From an uncultured archaeon (GTDB lineage Archaea > Asgardarchaeota > Thorarchaeia > Thorarchaeales > Thorarchaeaceae): a stretch of 64,000 nt of DNA. Location of the stretch: assembly GCA_964458565.1 (NCBI GenBank), contig CAYWJO010000001.1, positions 96,001 through 160,000 on the forward strand. Reading direction: 5' to 3'. This document shows, piece after piece, positions 48,947-60,035 of this stretch. The notes beneath the pieces were generated by a model. It did no database searches, was not told the DNA's origin, and saw nothing but the letters and a program-made list of their open reading frames with translations. How positions within the stretch are numbered: position 1 is the stretch's first letter; the number at the start of each line of letters is the position of its first letter. Made by a program: the position numbers and the translations under genes.

Positions 48947-49841
48947 GTGGTAGGAATAGAAGAGTCCCGACAGTTACAATTGTTGCGGCATATCCTGAAT
49001 CCAAATCAAAATTTGAGGAGAGAACAACATTCAGCACAGCAGGTGGCATCATAGCCTCAAGAAGAATCACATCTCTTGTAGAATCTGTAAGGCTGAAGAG
49101 AGGTAGAATAAGAAGAATGATGAGAGGTACAATGAGTTGTCTGATAGAAATTGGTTCTAGTGTTGAGCGGATTGCTTCTATTGAGAACCGATTTCCAACT
49201 TCAAGGCCTACTACAAATAGAGCAAGATAGGTCACGGTTGGTCCGTTGAATGACAATAAGGGTACAATATCAGAAGGTAGAGAAAAGCCTACTAAGAGAA
49301 GGATAAGTGAGGGGATAGCTACAAGGAATGGGGGAAAAAGCAATGACTTCTTCATTGTGGTTCTATAGTCACTCTCCTGCTCGCCATACTTTGAGCCTAA
49401 GAAAGCACCAAATGTGGCAATAATGGTCATCTGGGCAACCGACCAAAATGCAAGAATGACTACACCAGAAGTACCAATGAACATTAGAATAAGAGGTAAT
49501 GGGAGAAATACGCCATTATTGAAAGTAACGCACAGGAGCATAGCACCTTGTTTTTTTGGTTCTAATTCGGACCTTTGAAGACGGAGATAAAGGATAGAAA
49601 AGCCCAGAAATTGAATGATTATTGTTAACGCTACAACAGCGGGGAGTTCAGTAATTGTGTCAATCTCAGCTGTAAGAAGAGCTTCAATCAATAGAAGAGG
49701 TAGTAGAATATTGATAACAAGCTTTGTGATTATTTTGGTCAAGTCATTAGATCTTTGTGATGCTTTTGCCACCAGAATCCCTAACAATATGACTACGTAG
49801 AAGAGACCTATTCGAATTACTAACTCTTCCACGGTTTGCAT
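48915..49841 (-). CDS. AEC (auxin efflux carrier)-family transporter
   Basis: LVINI.LP.L, F.N..FLPLP, VILLEA.MPPA motifs; about 10 TM helices. Confidence 0.85.
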   Translation of the reverse strand: MQTVEELVIRIGLFYVVILLGILVAKASQRSNDLTKIITKLVINILLPLLLIEALLTAEIDTITELPAVVALTIIIQFLGFSILYLRLQRSELEPKKQGAMLLCVTFNNGVFLPLPLILMFIGTSGVVILAFWSVAQMTIIATFGAFLGSKYGEQESDYRTTMKKSLLFPPFLVAIPSLILLLVGFSLPSDIVPLLSFNGPTVTYLALFVVGLEVGNRFSIEAIRSTLEPISIRQLIVPLIILLILPLFSLTDSTRDVILLEAMMPPAVLNVVLSSNFDLDSGYAATIVTVGTLLFLPLVPILPFLLQ

Positions 49842-49986
49842 TATAGCACCTTGAATGTTGCAATTGAGAGTCAGGGATGAAGTTATCGGAAGAGGTATAC
49901 TACATAAAGTACCGAAATCGTATACACCAGACTGTTTTTATTCACGCCAATCTAGGCGAAATGCGGATTGAATTTACTCTGAGGCA

Positions 49987-51078
49987 ATGTTTATGACAGT
50001 TGAACCAACATCTTTTGAAACTCCAGATTCACAGAAAGATGTAGTTTCAACAGGAAAATCAAGAGAAACATACTATGCATGGACTGGATTAATCATTTTT
50101 GCTATTGTTTATACAGTTTTGATTTACTTACTCGGTCCGCTTTTAGATAGATTCATTCTATTACCTGACCAAGGGGCAGATTGGTATTATTGGAAATTAC
50201 CAACTCGCAATGACTTTGCTATGCTTGTCACATGGTTTCTTTATTTGAGCCATCAATTCATAGTGTGGGTACTGATTTTCTTAGCTGCAAGAATTTACAA
50301 AGAATCTAACAGTACAAAACTGAGAGGATACAACTATGCAATGATTTTCACAACTATAGTCTTTTCACTACTACACTTAGCCCAGACCCATGTGAATTTC
50401 GATGGACTCGCACAGGATATCCCAATCTGGACAAGTCAAGGCTCTGTCATTGTAATGCTAGCTCTGGTTCTGGTTATGGAGAATCCTCGAAGAGGCCTTT
50501 TCCTAGGGAAGAAAGCCGGAAAACCCATGACAGCAAGAGTTGTTGGGGTTCTCCGTAGAAATCACAGTTACATCATTGCATGGGCTCTTGTCTATACATT
50601 TTGGTTTCACCCTGCTACAAGTGATCCACAGTTGTTGACTGGATTCATCTATATGATGTTATTATTCACCCAGATGTCACTTGCTTACACGGATGTTCAT
50701 CTCAGGGCAGGATGGATTGCATTTTTAGAGTCGTTTGTTGCAATTCATGCGTTCGTTGTTGCAATTAATAACACACTGAACCCACAGATTAACAGCGCAG
50801 ATATGTGGCCCATGTTCCTATCTGGTTTCGCATTTATGGTGGTCTTCACTTACATTTATGCATTCAAACCTAGAAAGGAGATTCGTGTATTCGCAGTACT
50901 TGCATACTTTGCAGGTTTAATATGGATATATCTTCCTGCACCCATTGGATATGGAAGGGACCCCATGCGAATAATGATGGTTGAGTTCCTATGGATTCCT
51001 ATTACACTATATCTGCTAGCTTATGTATTTGCAGGGTTTGGCTACATATACATAAAGATGAGAAAAAGGGAAACATGA
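49987..51078 (+). CDS. Conserved multi-pass membrane protein
   Basis: About 9 TM helices; PDQG..WYYWKL, HL.QTH..FDGLAQD.P..TSQGSV, ENPRRGL motifs. Confidence 0.7.
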   Translation: MFMTVEPTSFETPDSQKDVVSTGKSRETYYAWTGLIIFAIVYTVLIYLLGPLLDRFILLPDQGADWYYWKLPTRNDFAMLVTWFLYLSHQFIVWVLIFLAARIYKESNSTKLRGYNYAMIFTTIVFSLLHLAQTHVNFDGLAQDIPIWTSQGSVIVMLALVLVMENPRRGLFLGKKAGKPMTARVVGVLRRNHSYIIAWALVYTFWFHPATSDPQLLTGFIYMMLLFTQMSLAYTDVHLRAGWIAFLESFVAIHAFVVAINNTLNPQINSADMWPMFLSGFAFMVVFTYIYAFKPRKEIRVFAVLAYFAGLIWIYLPAPIGYGRDPMRIMMVEFLWIPITLYLLAYVFAGFGYIYIKMRKRET

Positions 51079-51294
51079 ATGGAGTTCTTACCTTTTTCAA
51101 CTCCTGTTACCTATGCAATTCCCTTCAGTGTTGGCATAAAATCACCATGTAGACTATATGCAGGAAGACGATGAGTCTTAAGCACTCACGCGATTTTTCC
51201 CGGGGACAGGCTGCTGATAACAGTCAGGACAGAATAGTTATATCGACTCATCGGTCATTGCGGCCGTCAACACACCTCGAGGGAAGCGGTCCTT

Positions 51295-54200
51295 ATGGTC
51301 AGTGAATCAGCCAATAAGACGAGTGAACCATCAAAACCAACTGATGTTCTCATCATTGGTGGAGGCATGGCAGGCATCAATGCGTCTCTTGATCTTGCGA
51401 ATGCTGGGCATCATGCACATATTATCGAACGTAGTGTGAGTATTGGTGGTAACTATGTAGCTGTCTACAAGATATTTCCAGCATTGGAATGTTCTGCTTG
51501 TGTTATGACCCCTCTAACAAGTTTTGTGGGAAAACATCCAGGTATTACAATCCACGCATTGTCTGAAGTTGAGAAGATTGAGGGCGATGTAGGAGATTTC
51601 ATTGTCACTATTCGGAAGAAAGCAAGATATGTTGACGAGAATACTTGTACAGGTTGTCAATTATGTATACGAGCGTGTCCAGTTGAAGTGCCAAACGAAT
51701 ATGACTTTGGCCTCTCATTGCGAAAGGCAATATACATGAACTTCGCACAACAGATTCCACTTATTTCTACTATAGATCGCGAAGTTTGTATAGGCTGTGG
51801 GACCTGCGCTGCGGCATGTCCACAAGGTTGTATCAATTTTGAGGATGAGGATAAGGTCTTTGATCTTAATGTTGGAGCAGTAATTGTCGCAACAGGGTTC
51901 CAAGAGTACAAACCGTTGGACTATGGAGAATATGGTTATGGTATCTATCCTAATGTCATCACATCACTTGAATTAGATCGACAAAGTCACCCTACAGGTC
52001 CAACTGATTCTCATATCGTGCGACCTTCTGACGGGAAGGAACCTGAGAAGGTGTTGTTCATCAATTGTGTTGGAAGTCGTGATGTGCGAGAAAACATAGG
52101 TGGGTACAGTCAACACTGTAACAGGGTCTGTTGCTCATTTGGTGTGAAACTTGCTAAGGTCACACGGATGCATTATCCAAAGGACCACTGTGAGATAATT
52201 TACACCTACATCGATATTCGGACGGCAGGGAAGGCACTGGAAGAGTTCTATTGGGATGCTGAACATGGTGACCAAGATATCAAGTTCATCAGAGGACGTG
52301 TTGCTGAAATTAATGAGGACATTGATACACATGATCTCTCTGTGAAGATGGAAGACACAGAAAATGGTCAGATTATAGAGATTGATAATATTTCGATGGT
52401 CGTGCTCAATGCCAGTTTTAGACCGCCAGAGGGAAATGAGGACCTTGCTCAAATCTTAGGAATTGAGCTTGAAGAAACAGGGTATGTTAAGTCAGCTCAT
52501 CCGAATGCACGAGCAATTGAAACAACAAGACCAGGTGTGTTCGTAGCGGGTTGTGCGCATGGCCCACGAGACGGTACTGACACAGTGAATGAAGGAAAAG
52601 GTGCTGCTATGGCAGCTCACTCACTTCTACCAATCCCAGAGCCTCTTGCAAAGGAAGAGATACCTCCTGCTGAGCTAGGTGATGAACCACGTGTGGGAGT
52701 CTTTGTATGTCATTGCGGAGGTATTATTGGAAACGAAATTGACGCACCGGGTCTTGGAGAGTGGGCTAAAGATTTACCAAATGTGGCGTACTCTACGGAT
52801 TATATCTTCATGTGTAGCGATCCAGGTCAAGATTATGTTACACAGGCAATTAAAGAACACAAACTGAATAGAGTGGTTGTGGGTTCTTGTTCACCATTAC
52901 AGCATGAAGCAACGTTCAGAGCAGCATTGGAAGCAGCAGGTCTTTCGGGCTATTATCTTGTTGGACCGGTTGGTCTAAGAGAACATCTCACTTTGGTGAA
53001 CACTCAAGCTAGTCGCGATGAGAGGCAAGAGAAAGCTCAAGATATGATTCGCAGCGCAGTTGCGAAAGCTGTCAACAATGAAGAGGTTCCTGTGAAGACA
53101 GTAGAGGTGACCAAGAGAGTAATGGTCCTAGGTGGCGGTGTTTCGGGAATGACTGCAGCATTGGACATCGCGAAGAAGGGTTTTGAGGTTGTGTTAGTAG
53201 AAAAGACTGACAAGCTAGGTGGGAGATTAAATGACCTCTACAGGGTATTTCCCAACATGGAAGATGCACAGGAAATAGTGGGAGCACTCTTAGAGAGGGT
53301 TGAGAAAGAAAAGAAAATTACAGTTATACTGAACTCTACAGTCACTAGTCGTGATGGAACATATGGTAATTATGAGATGACAGTAAGGAATCACAGTTCT
53401 AATGAAAATACAGTTTATACAGTCGGTACAATGGTGATAGCAGTAGGTACAGATACTTATGAACCCAAGAATGGCGAGTATGGATGGGAAGAAGTACCCT
53501 GTGTCATGACCACACTTGAACTTGAAAAGAAGCTGAAAGCCGGAGAGATTACCAAAGCCCCAAAGAATCCTGTTTTCATACATTGTGTAGGGTCTCGTCA
53601 GACTCCAGGTGAAGGAAATCGGTATTGCTCACGAGTATGTTGTTCTGCAGTTATCACTATGCAGCATGAACTCAAAGAGATGTTCCCAGACATTCGGATA
53701 TTCTCCGCATATAAGGAACAAATACGTCCTTATGCCAATGGAATGGAAGAGTTATGGAGAGAGAACCGAAGAAAGGGTATTTCCTATCTAAGATGGGTGA
53801 GGGAACGACCAGTCACGGTTGAAAAAGCTCCGGACTCGGATGAAGCAATTGTAACAATTTATGACACGCTATCGCAAGAAACATTCAAGATTAGATCGGA
53901 TATGGTAATTCTTGCTGTTGGTATTGAAGCTCCCCATGATGTGAATAACCTTACGAAAGCAATTGGAATCAGTAGAAGTCAGGATGGTTTTCTTGCAGAG
54001 ATGCATATGAAATTCAGACCCGTTGAAACAACTGTACCTGGCGTTTTTCTTGGAGTGACTTATGCAAAGAATATTGCAGATTCTATTAATCAAGCCCGAG
54101 GAGCGGCTAGTGAGGCAACTATTCCTCTGAATCTCGGAAAAGTAGATATTGAACTTCTTACTGCAGAAGTTGATGAGGAGCTTTGTGTTGGATGCGATCT

Positions 54201-54402
54201 TTGTTCTTACTCAGAGATCTGTCCATATGATGCAATCTCAATGGTTGAGAGAGAACCAGGGGTGAAAAAGAGCGTAACGGATGAGATGCGTTGTGAGGGA
54301 TGTGGAGCGTGTGTGGCAATATGTCCAACTGGTGCCAGAGACCTCAGATGGTGGCGTGAAAAGAGTATACTAGATGAGATTGAGGAAATGTTGAAGGAGT
54401 GA
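51295..54402 (+). CDS. hdrA: Heterodisulfide reductase subunit A-like protein (tandem HdrA modules)
   Basis: Two FAD GxGxxG motifs, FP..EC..C, two C.GSR...C.RVCC motifs, internal and C-terminal 2x[4Fe-4S] ferredoxin domains, GVFVCHCG. Confidence 0.92.
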   Translation: MVSESANKTSEPSKPTDVLIIGGGMAGINASLDLANAGHHAHIIERSVSIGGNYVAVYKIFPALECSACVMTPLTSFVGKHPGITIHALSEVEKIEGDVGDFIVTIRKKARYVDENTCTGCQLCIRACPVEVPNEYDFGLSLRKAIYMNFAQQIPLISTIDREVCIGCGTCAAACPQGCINFEDEDKVFDLNVGAVIVATGFQEYKPLDYGEYGYGIYPNVITSLELDRQSHPTGPTDSHIVRPSDGKEPEKVLFINCVGSRDVRENIGGYSQHCNRVCCSFGVKLAKVTRMHYPKDHCEIIYTYIDIRTAGKALEEFYWDAEHGDQDIKFIRGRVAEINEDIDTHDLSVKMEDTENGQIIEIDNISMVVLNASFRPPEGNEDLAQILGIELEETGYVKSAHPNARAIETTRPGVFVAGCAHGPRDGTDTVNEGKGAAMAAHSLLPIPEPLAKEEIPPAELGDEPRVGVFVCHCGGIIGNEIDAPGLGEWAKDLPNVAYSTDYIFMCSDPGQDYVTQAIKEHKLNRVVVGSCSPLQHEATFRAALEAAGLSGYYLVGPVGLREHLTLVNTQASRDERQEKAQDMIRSAVAKAVNNEEVPVKTVEVTKRVMVLGGGVSGMTAALDIAKKGFEVVLVEKTDKLGGRLNDLYRVFPNMEDAQEIVGALLERVEKEKKITVILNSTVTSRDGTYGNYEMTVRNHSSNENTVYTVGTMVIAVGTDTYEPKNGEYGWEEVPCVMTTLELEKKLKAGEITKAPKNPVFIHCVGSRQTPGEGNRYCSRVCCSAVITMQHELKEMFPDIRIFSAYKEQIRPYANGMEELWRENRRKGISYLRWVRERPVTVEKAPDSDEAIVTIYDTLSQETFKIRSDMVILAVGIEAPHDVNNLTKAIGISRSQDGFLAEMHMKFRPVETTVPGVFLGVTYAKNIADSINQARGAASEATIPLNLGKVDIELLTAEVDEELCVGCDLCSYSEICPYDAISMVEREPGVKKSVTDEMRCEGCGACVAICPTGARDLRWWREKSILDEIEEMLKE

Positions 54403-54409
54403 ACTCTAA

Positions 54410-54979
54410 ATGACATCGATAAAGAGTCTCACCCATACATGGTCAGTTCTCAATAATCTCATCGGTGAGATGGAGAAAGCAGGTATCTTCATACCAGATT
54501 TGACCTACGGGGACTTAAGAAATGCAAAGATGGTTATTGAGTATTTGCGTTCATTCGGAGAGGAGATATCTGGAGACCGAAATGCAGACTTGACACTTCA
54601 AAATGAGGTAGAGTACAAACTCGAGATTCTCAAAAAGTCATTATTAGCATGGGCGGAAGAAGCACGAGGACAGGAATATAGGAGGAGTTGGGAGAAGCAA
54701 TTTGATGATGATATCATGCTTGAAGGTGGGTTTGATACGAAAGAAACAGTTCCAATATCTGATCTACCTCATGAGAAGGATATTGGATTCTTCAGGATTC
54801 GACTTCCCGACGATATTCCTGTAGAAGTTATAAGCGAGATTGCAGAAGACTGTGAGGTTTTGATACACTTAGATGGCGACCGACATTTGCAGGTCAGTGG
54901 TAAAAGAGCCTGTGTTCGGGATGCAATGAAACGTATTGGTGAGTTGTTCTATGGAAAATCTCGATTTGAAAAAATATGA
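54410..54979 (+). CDS. DUF2096-like protein
   Basis: W.VL..L...M ... DLR.AK..I, W..........W pattern; hdr-associated context. Confidence 0.6.
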   Translation: MTSIKSLTHTWSVLNNLIGEMEKAGIFIPDLTYGDLRNAKMVIEYLRSFGEEISGDRNADLTLQNEVEYKLEILKKSLLAWAEEARGQEYRRSWEKQFDDDIMLEGGFDTKETVPISDLPHEKDIGFFRIRLPDDIPVEVISEIAEDCEVLIHLDGDRHLQVSGKRACVRDAMKRIGELFYGKSRFEKI

Positions 54980-55101
54980 TTCGTTCTCTCTGACACTAAG
55001 TGATAGGTATACGGATTACAGATAAAGACCCATTCCATCTCCAATTGTTGAATCCACCATAACAAAAACATTAATCCTAATAGGCAAGCGACCTACATTG
55101 T

Positions 55102-56385
55102 GTGAATGTATTGGCACAGAAAGCGATCTACGAATTTGATGCAAAGAATCTGATTGGAGTGAATCTGAAGAAGTATTCCAGAGATGTATGGAATTATGAG
55201 AGAATCACGATGATTAGTGTGGATACTGACATCGGAAAATGGGAAAAAGAGAATCCATGGCTTAAAACCAGTAGGTTGGTAATTAAACCCGATGTGTTGG
55301 CTGGAAAAAGGGGAAAATCTGGTTTCATCGGATTAGACTTGAAGTTGGATGAAGTAAAGGAGTATCTTCGGAAGAATTTGGGGCAGGAAGTAAAAGTTGG
55401 TAACGATAGAGGTGTATTATATCGGTTCATTGTAGAACCGTATATACTTCATGAGAAGGAATACTATGCATCAATAAGTTCGAATAGGACTCATGAAATA
55501 GTCACATTCTCAGATATAGGTGGAATGAATATTGAGGAAGAGTGGGAAAAGACTCAGAGTATCCAAATACCCATTGGGTGTGATCCAAGTGATGTTGATT
55601 TTGGTCAATTGTTGACTAAATCATCTGAAAATGCACAAGAAATTACAAAATTTTTAGAGAACCTTCTAAGAGTGTATATAGAACAGGATTTTTGCTTCAT
55701 TGAAATCAACCCATTTACTATTGTAAAAAATGTAGTGATCCCATTGGATGCGAAAGCAAAATTAGATGATACATCTCATTTCTTACACAAGGATACATGG
55801 GGTAATCCTGAGAATCCGGTTTCATTTCCAACTGGATTTGGACAGACGAAAACAAAGGAAGAGGTATTTATTCAACAACTAGACAAAATGACTGGTGCCT
55901 CTCTTAAATTGACCATACTAAATGCGGAAGGGAGTATTTGGACAATGATAGCTGGTGGGGGAGCGAGTGTTATCTATGCAGACACTATTGTTGACCAAGG
56001 TTTTGGTCATGAACTAGCAAACTATGGAGAATATAGTGGAAATCCCACAGAGGAGCACACCAAGCTTTACGCTCAGACTCTTATTGACTTGATGTGCAGC
56101 AATAAATCTGAAAAGAAAAAGATACTCATTATCGGTGGTGGAATTGCTAATTTTACTGATGTCAGAAAGACCTTCTTGGGCATAGCTGCTGCGATACGAA
56201 AATCTTCTTCAAAATTAATTACAGAAAATGTCAGTATCTATGTGCGACGAGGTGGGCCCAATGAGAAAGAGGGATTGATGATGATGACAAAATTGGGAGA
56301 GGACTTGGGTATTCCAATCCATGTCTACGATAGATATACACCGATGATACGTATTATCCGATATGCTCAGGAGGAATCACATTGA
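55102..56385 (+). CDS. aclB: ATP-citrate lyase, ATP-grasp/citrate-binding subunit
   Basis: QKAIYEFDAK, LVIKPD.L.GKRGKSG, EINP, GASLKLTILN..G.IWTMIAGGGASVIYADT, ANYGEYSG.P, GGGIANFT.V, RRGGPN. Confidence 0.93.
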   Translation: MNVLAQKAIYEFDAKNLIGVNLKKYSRDVWNYERITMISVDTDIGKWEKENPWLKTSRLVIKPDVLAGKRGKSGFIGLDLKLDEVKEYLRKNLGQEVKVGNDRGVLYRFIVEPYILHEKEYYASISSNRTHEIVTFSDIGGMNIEEEWEKTQSIQIPIGCDPSDVDFGQLLTKSSENAQEITKFLENLLRVYIEQDFCFIEINPFTIVKNVVIPLDAKAKLDDTSHFLHKDTWGNPENPVSFPTGFGQTKTKEEVFIQQLDKMTGASLKLTILNAEGSIWTMIAGGGASVIYADTIVDQGFGHELANYGEYSGNPTEEHTKLYAQTLIDLMCSNKSEKKKILIIGGGIANFTDVRKTFLGIAAAIRKSSSKLITENVSIYVRRGGPNEKEGLMMMTKLGEDLGIPIHVYDRYTPMIRIIRYAQEESH

Positions 56386-58220
56386 AAGATTTTGAACTAT
56401 TCACCAAAGAAACTCAAGGGATTGTCTATGGATACCAGATAAATGCAGTTCAGGGAATGCTTGATTTTGACTATTTGTGTCAAAGAGAGGTACCAAGTGT
56501 TGCTGCAATTGTCAGACCAACCCAGTCCCCAACTGTAGTAAAACAGAAGGTGTTTTGGGGTTTTAAAGAAATAGTAATTCCGGTTTACAGGACACTTGAA
56601 ACTGCCCTCAAGAATCATATCAATGCAGATGTACTAATCAACTTCGCTTCGTATAGATCAGCTTTCCAAACGACCAAGTTAGCATTGAGTGCGGACACCA
56701 TCCGAACTGTTGTAATAATCGCAGAAGGTGTACCAGAACGACAGAGTCGGGAACTCATTAAACTTGCAGAAGAAAAGAAGAAAATAATCATAGGACCTGC
56801 AACTGTTGGGGGAATAAAAGCGGGTGCATTCAGGATAGGAAACACAGGAGGTACTGTTGAAAATATCAAGTTATCAAAGCTTTATCGACCTGGAAGTATT
56901 GGTTTTGTATCAAAATCCGGAGGAATGAGCAATGAGATGTATTTTCAGATATCTCAGAATACAGACGGTGTGAATGAAGGCATATCAATTGGAGGTGACA
57001 AGTATCCGGGTAGTAAATTAATTGACCATATCCTAAGATTCGAGAAGAATCCTGATATCAAAATGATAGTGTGCCTTGGAGAACTAGGTGGTCATGACGA
57101 ATACGACATTGTTGATGCAGTGAGAGAGAGCACTGTAAAGAAACCAATCGTTATGTGGGTCACAGGGATTTCAGCAAAGATACTTCCACAGGGAATTCAA
57201 TTTGGTCATGCTGGTGCGATGGCGGATAGTGAAGGCGAAACTGCAGACGCCAAGAATAGAGCACTAGCTGGAGTTGGGGTTATTGTACCTGATTCATTTG
57301 ATGATTTCAGTGATAAAATTCGCGAAACTTTTGAAACACTCAGAGAGAAGGGAGTCATAAAAGAGAGAGAGGAGATTGAACCACCTAATATGCCGATGGA
57401 CTTCGACGAGGCTCTGAAACTTGGCATGGTCAGAAGACCTACCAGTATAACCTCATCAATCTCAGACGATCGAGAGGAGACGTTGACCTATAATCGAATT
57501 CCAATTGATGAGATAATTAAGAATGGAAAATCTCTTGGGTATGTCATAGGCCTTCTCTGGTTCAAGAGAGAATTGCCTGAATTTGCTCAGGAATATATAG
57601 AGTTGATTTTGAAAATCGCCGCAGACCATGGTCCAGCAGTTGCAGGTGCACATAATGCAATTGTAGCAGCAAGAGCCGGAAAAGATTTGATGGCCTCGCT
57701 CTCAAGCGGATTGCTGACCATTGGACCACGTTTTGGAGGTGCAATATCAGATACAGCCAAGTATTTCAGAGATGCAATTAAGTCCGGTAAGAGCCCTCAA
57801 GAGTTTATTGAATATATGAAGAACGAGATAGGAATGAATATTCCCGGTATAGGTCATAGAGTGAAATCGATTCAAAATCCGGACACGCGGGTCGAGCTCA
57901 TAATAGATTTTGTTACTGAATCATTCTTGGTACATCCCAATTTAGATTATGCCATTGAAGTTGAGAAACTTACAACCTCAAAACGGAATAACTTGATTCT
58001 TAACGTGGATGGTTGTATTGGGGTCAGTTTTTTGGATCTCATGCTAAACTTGGGTTTAACAGATGAAGAAATGACTGAAGTGATTGAAGCAGAAGTTCTG
58101 AATGGTCTATTTGTACTTGGACGATCAATAGGAATAATGGGGCATATCTTTGACCAGAAACGCCAACAAGCTGGGCTATACAGACAACCATATGATGAAA
58201 TATTGTATCTGGATGAATGA
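56382..58220 (+). CDS. aclA: ATP-citrate lyase, CoA-binding/citryl-CoA lyase subunit
   Basis: AVQGMLDFD..C.R..PSVAA, NFASYRSA, IIGPATVGGIK, FGHAGA phospho-His, ADHGPAV.GAHN, IPGIGHRVKS, LILNVDG. Confidence 0.93.
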   Translation: MKDFELFTKETQGIVYGYQINAVQGMLDFDYLCQREVPSVAAIVRPTQSPTVVKQKVFWGFKEIVIPVYRTLETALKNHINADVLINFASYRSAFQTTKLALSADTIRTVVIIAEGVPERQSRELIKLAEEKKKIIIGPATVGGIKAGAFRIGNTGGTVENIKLSKLYRPGSIGFVSKSGGMSNEMYFQISQNTDGVNEGISIGGDKYPGSKLIDHILRFEKNPDIKMIVCLGELGGHDEYDIVDAVRESTVKKPIVMWVTGISAKILPQGIQFGHAGAMADSEGETADAKNRALAGVGVIVPDSFDDFSDKIRETFETLREKGVIKEREEIEPPNMPMDFDEALKLGMVRRPTSITSSISDDREETLTYNRIPIDEIIKNGKSLGYVIGLLWFKRELPEFAQEYIELILKIAADHGPAVAGAHNAIVAARAGKDLMASLSSGLLTIGPRFGGAISDTAKYFRDAIKSGKSPQEFIEYMKNEIGMNIPGIGHRVKSIQNPDTRVELIIDFVTESFLVHPNLDYAIEVEKLTTSKRNNLILNVDGCIGVSFLDLMLNLGLTDEEMTEVIEAEVLNGLFVLGRSIGIMGHIFDQKRQQAGLYRQPYDEILYLDE

Positions 58221-58686
58221 ATCACGTTCAACGATAATACACTCGACTTGGATTCTTCTTAGCAATAGTGAGTTTGTTCTATCAAAAGGAGGGTCCGTCG
58301 ATTTATTGAAATTTATTAGTAAATAACGAGCATTAAAGGCGCCAACTATGAGAATTTCATACTGAGAACTGATGAAGTTAAATATTACACAGATAATATG
58401 TGGATGATATGAAGGCTACTAGGATCTATACACGCGCTTGCATCTCAAGAATGCGTTCTAGGCAGCCTAGTGAGAGGGGCGAGGATTTATCAAAGGTTGA
58501 AGTTAGATTCGAATTTAAACCCAATTAGATATCTAGAATCTAAGACCATATTTTGAAGTATTTAGAAGAATTATAGAACTCAAAATAGTATTCTGGAGAT
58601 TATGAGAAATCATTAGAACTCCATTTCAATATCCTTCTTCATTTTCATTATATATACTATTGTGAAGTAGTATCAAGTGAAAGATT

Positions 58687-59961
58687 ATGAAACATGAGCG
58701 TGCGACAAAGATTACTGCTATTCTTATGCTTTTTATTTTATTCTCATCAATAGGCGGAGTGTTGGCCTTTCAAATTGCAGATGATGATCCGACAACAACT
58801 GACTCCGATGATGAAACTGAAGTTGAAACGGAAACTGAAATTGATGAGTATGAACCGGAGTATGAACGTGATAGTAACGGAACTGTCTGGGTTCAGTCAG
58901 ACATTATGAGCGTTCGATTAGATTCGAACCACCCATCATACCAATTCTGGTATAGTAACGATGTAAATGGAAGTTTAGCCAAATTTAGTGTAAGCTATCG
59001 TATGGTAGTTGAATTTGAAGACTTGAATGGAGATGGGGTATATCAAGTTAATGAAACCATAGCATTCGTGCCTCTTGATGCATTTGACTGGAATCTACAG
59101 ACTGGCTCAATCACGAACGAAGCAGGTCGAAATGAGGAAATCTATGTCACGTATATCAAAGGTGGTCTCAGCTCTGATGAGTATGAAGATGGTTGGTTTG
59201 ATGACTGGATGCCAGGATACGACCACAATGAGGGTGATTTTATTTCATCGGACGATGATGGACTAGACCTCTCGAAATATGAAACAATGACTCTACAGTT
59301 CTATGGTCACATCTACATGGATGACTACATGGGACTGGTTTCTGATGATGAAGGAGTACAGGCTAATTATACCGTTAGCGGAGGTGTTGAATTCAAGATA
59401 GATATTGAGATTGGTAATTTCCCCTTTGAGTCGAATACCTCAAAGATAGCCATCCTGAATTATCTTGAGGAGGACCTAGCTTCCAATGAAGATTCCAATC
59501 ACAGGTTTGTAACTCATGAAGATGATGGTGATAAGGAACTTGAGTCTGAAGACATTGATGAAACTTATGGTGAAAAGTTTGATGATGTTGATGACAATCA
59601 TGATGGTGAAGATGATGATATTCAGGGTATTGCCCTCACTGAAGGCTCCACAAACACAACAAGAGGATTCTATCGTTGGGTAGACAGCGCTCTAATGACT
59701 CTTCCAAACAGTACTACTCAAGCAGTCAATGTAGGAGCGTCTTACTGGACTAATGGCGAAGCAATGCTTTTGTTCCTCGCATATCCTAATTTTGATGGCG
59801 GTTCCTTGATTCATGATCCATCACTGAAATTGGAGGAACAGTCCAATCCAGTTCCGTTCACTCCCACCACCAATCAGAACTTCCCAATTGAATTTGGAAT
59901 AGCTGCAGTAGGTATTGTAGCAATCATTGCAATAGCTGCCATTGCAATGAAAAAGCGATAG
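58687..59961 (+). CDS. Secreted, highly acidic surface protein with C-terminal TM anchor
   Basis: Signal peptide; EF.D.NGDG Ca-binding-like motif; D/E-rich; YP.F....L.HDPS; TM plus MKKR tail. Confidence 0.75.
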   Translation: MKHERATKITAILMLFILFSSIGGVLAFQIADDDPTTTDSDDETEVETETEIDEYEPEYERDSNGTVWVQSDIMSVRLDSNHPSYQFWYSNDVNGSLAKFSVSYRMVVEFEDLNGDGVYQVNETIAFVPLDAFDWNLQTGSITNEAGRNEEIYVTYIKGGLSSDEYEDGWFDDWMPGYDHNEGDFISSDDDGLDLSKYETMTLQFYGHIYMDDYMGLVSDDEGVQANYTVSGGVEFKIDIEIGNFPFESNTSKIAILNYLEEDLASNEDSNHRFVTHEDDGDKELESEDIDETYGEKFDDVDDNHDGEDDDIQGIALTEGSTNTTRGFYRWVDSALMTLPNSTTQAVNVGASYWTNGEAMLLFLAYPNFDGGSLIHDPSLKLEEQSNPVPFTPTTNQNFPIEFGIAAVGIVAIIAIAAIAMKKR

Positions 59962-59967
59962 TCTATT

Positions 59968-59991
59968 TGGACGGGGGTATACCTCCGTCCA
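59968..59991 (+). terminator. GC-rich 3' hairpin TGGACGGGGG-tata-CCTCCGTCCA followed by T run
   Basis: 10-bp stem 6 nt after the stop; same stem sequence as the 4183-4204 hairpin. Confidence 0.55.
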
Positions 59992-60035
59992 CCACACTGT
60001 TTTTGAAGTAGTTTGATGATGGAGAAAGCAGTAAG

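Noticed and set aside
51295-54402. Selenoprotein HdrA with SECIS
   Set aside because: The ORF is continuous with no in-frame UGA
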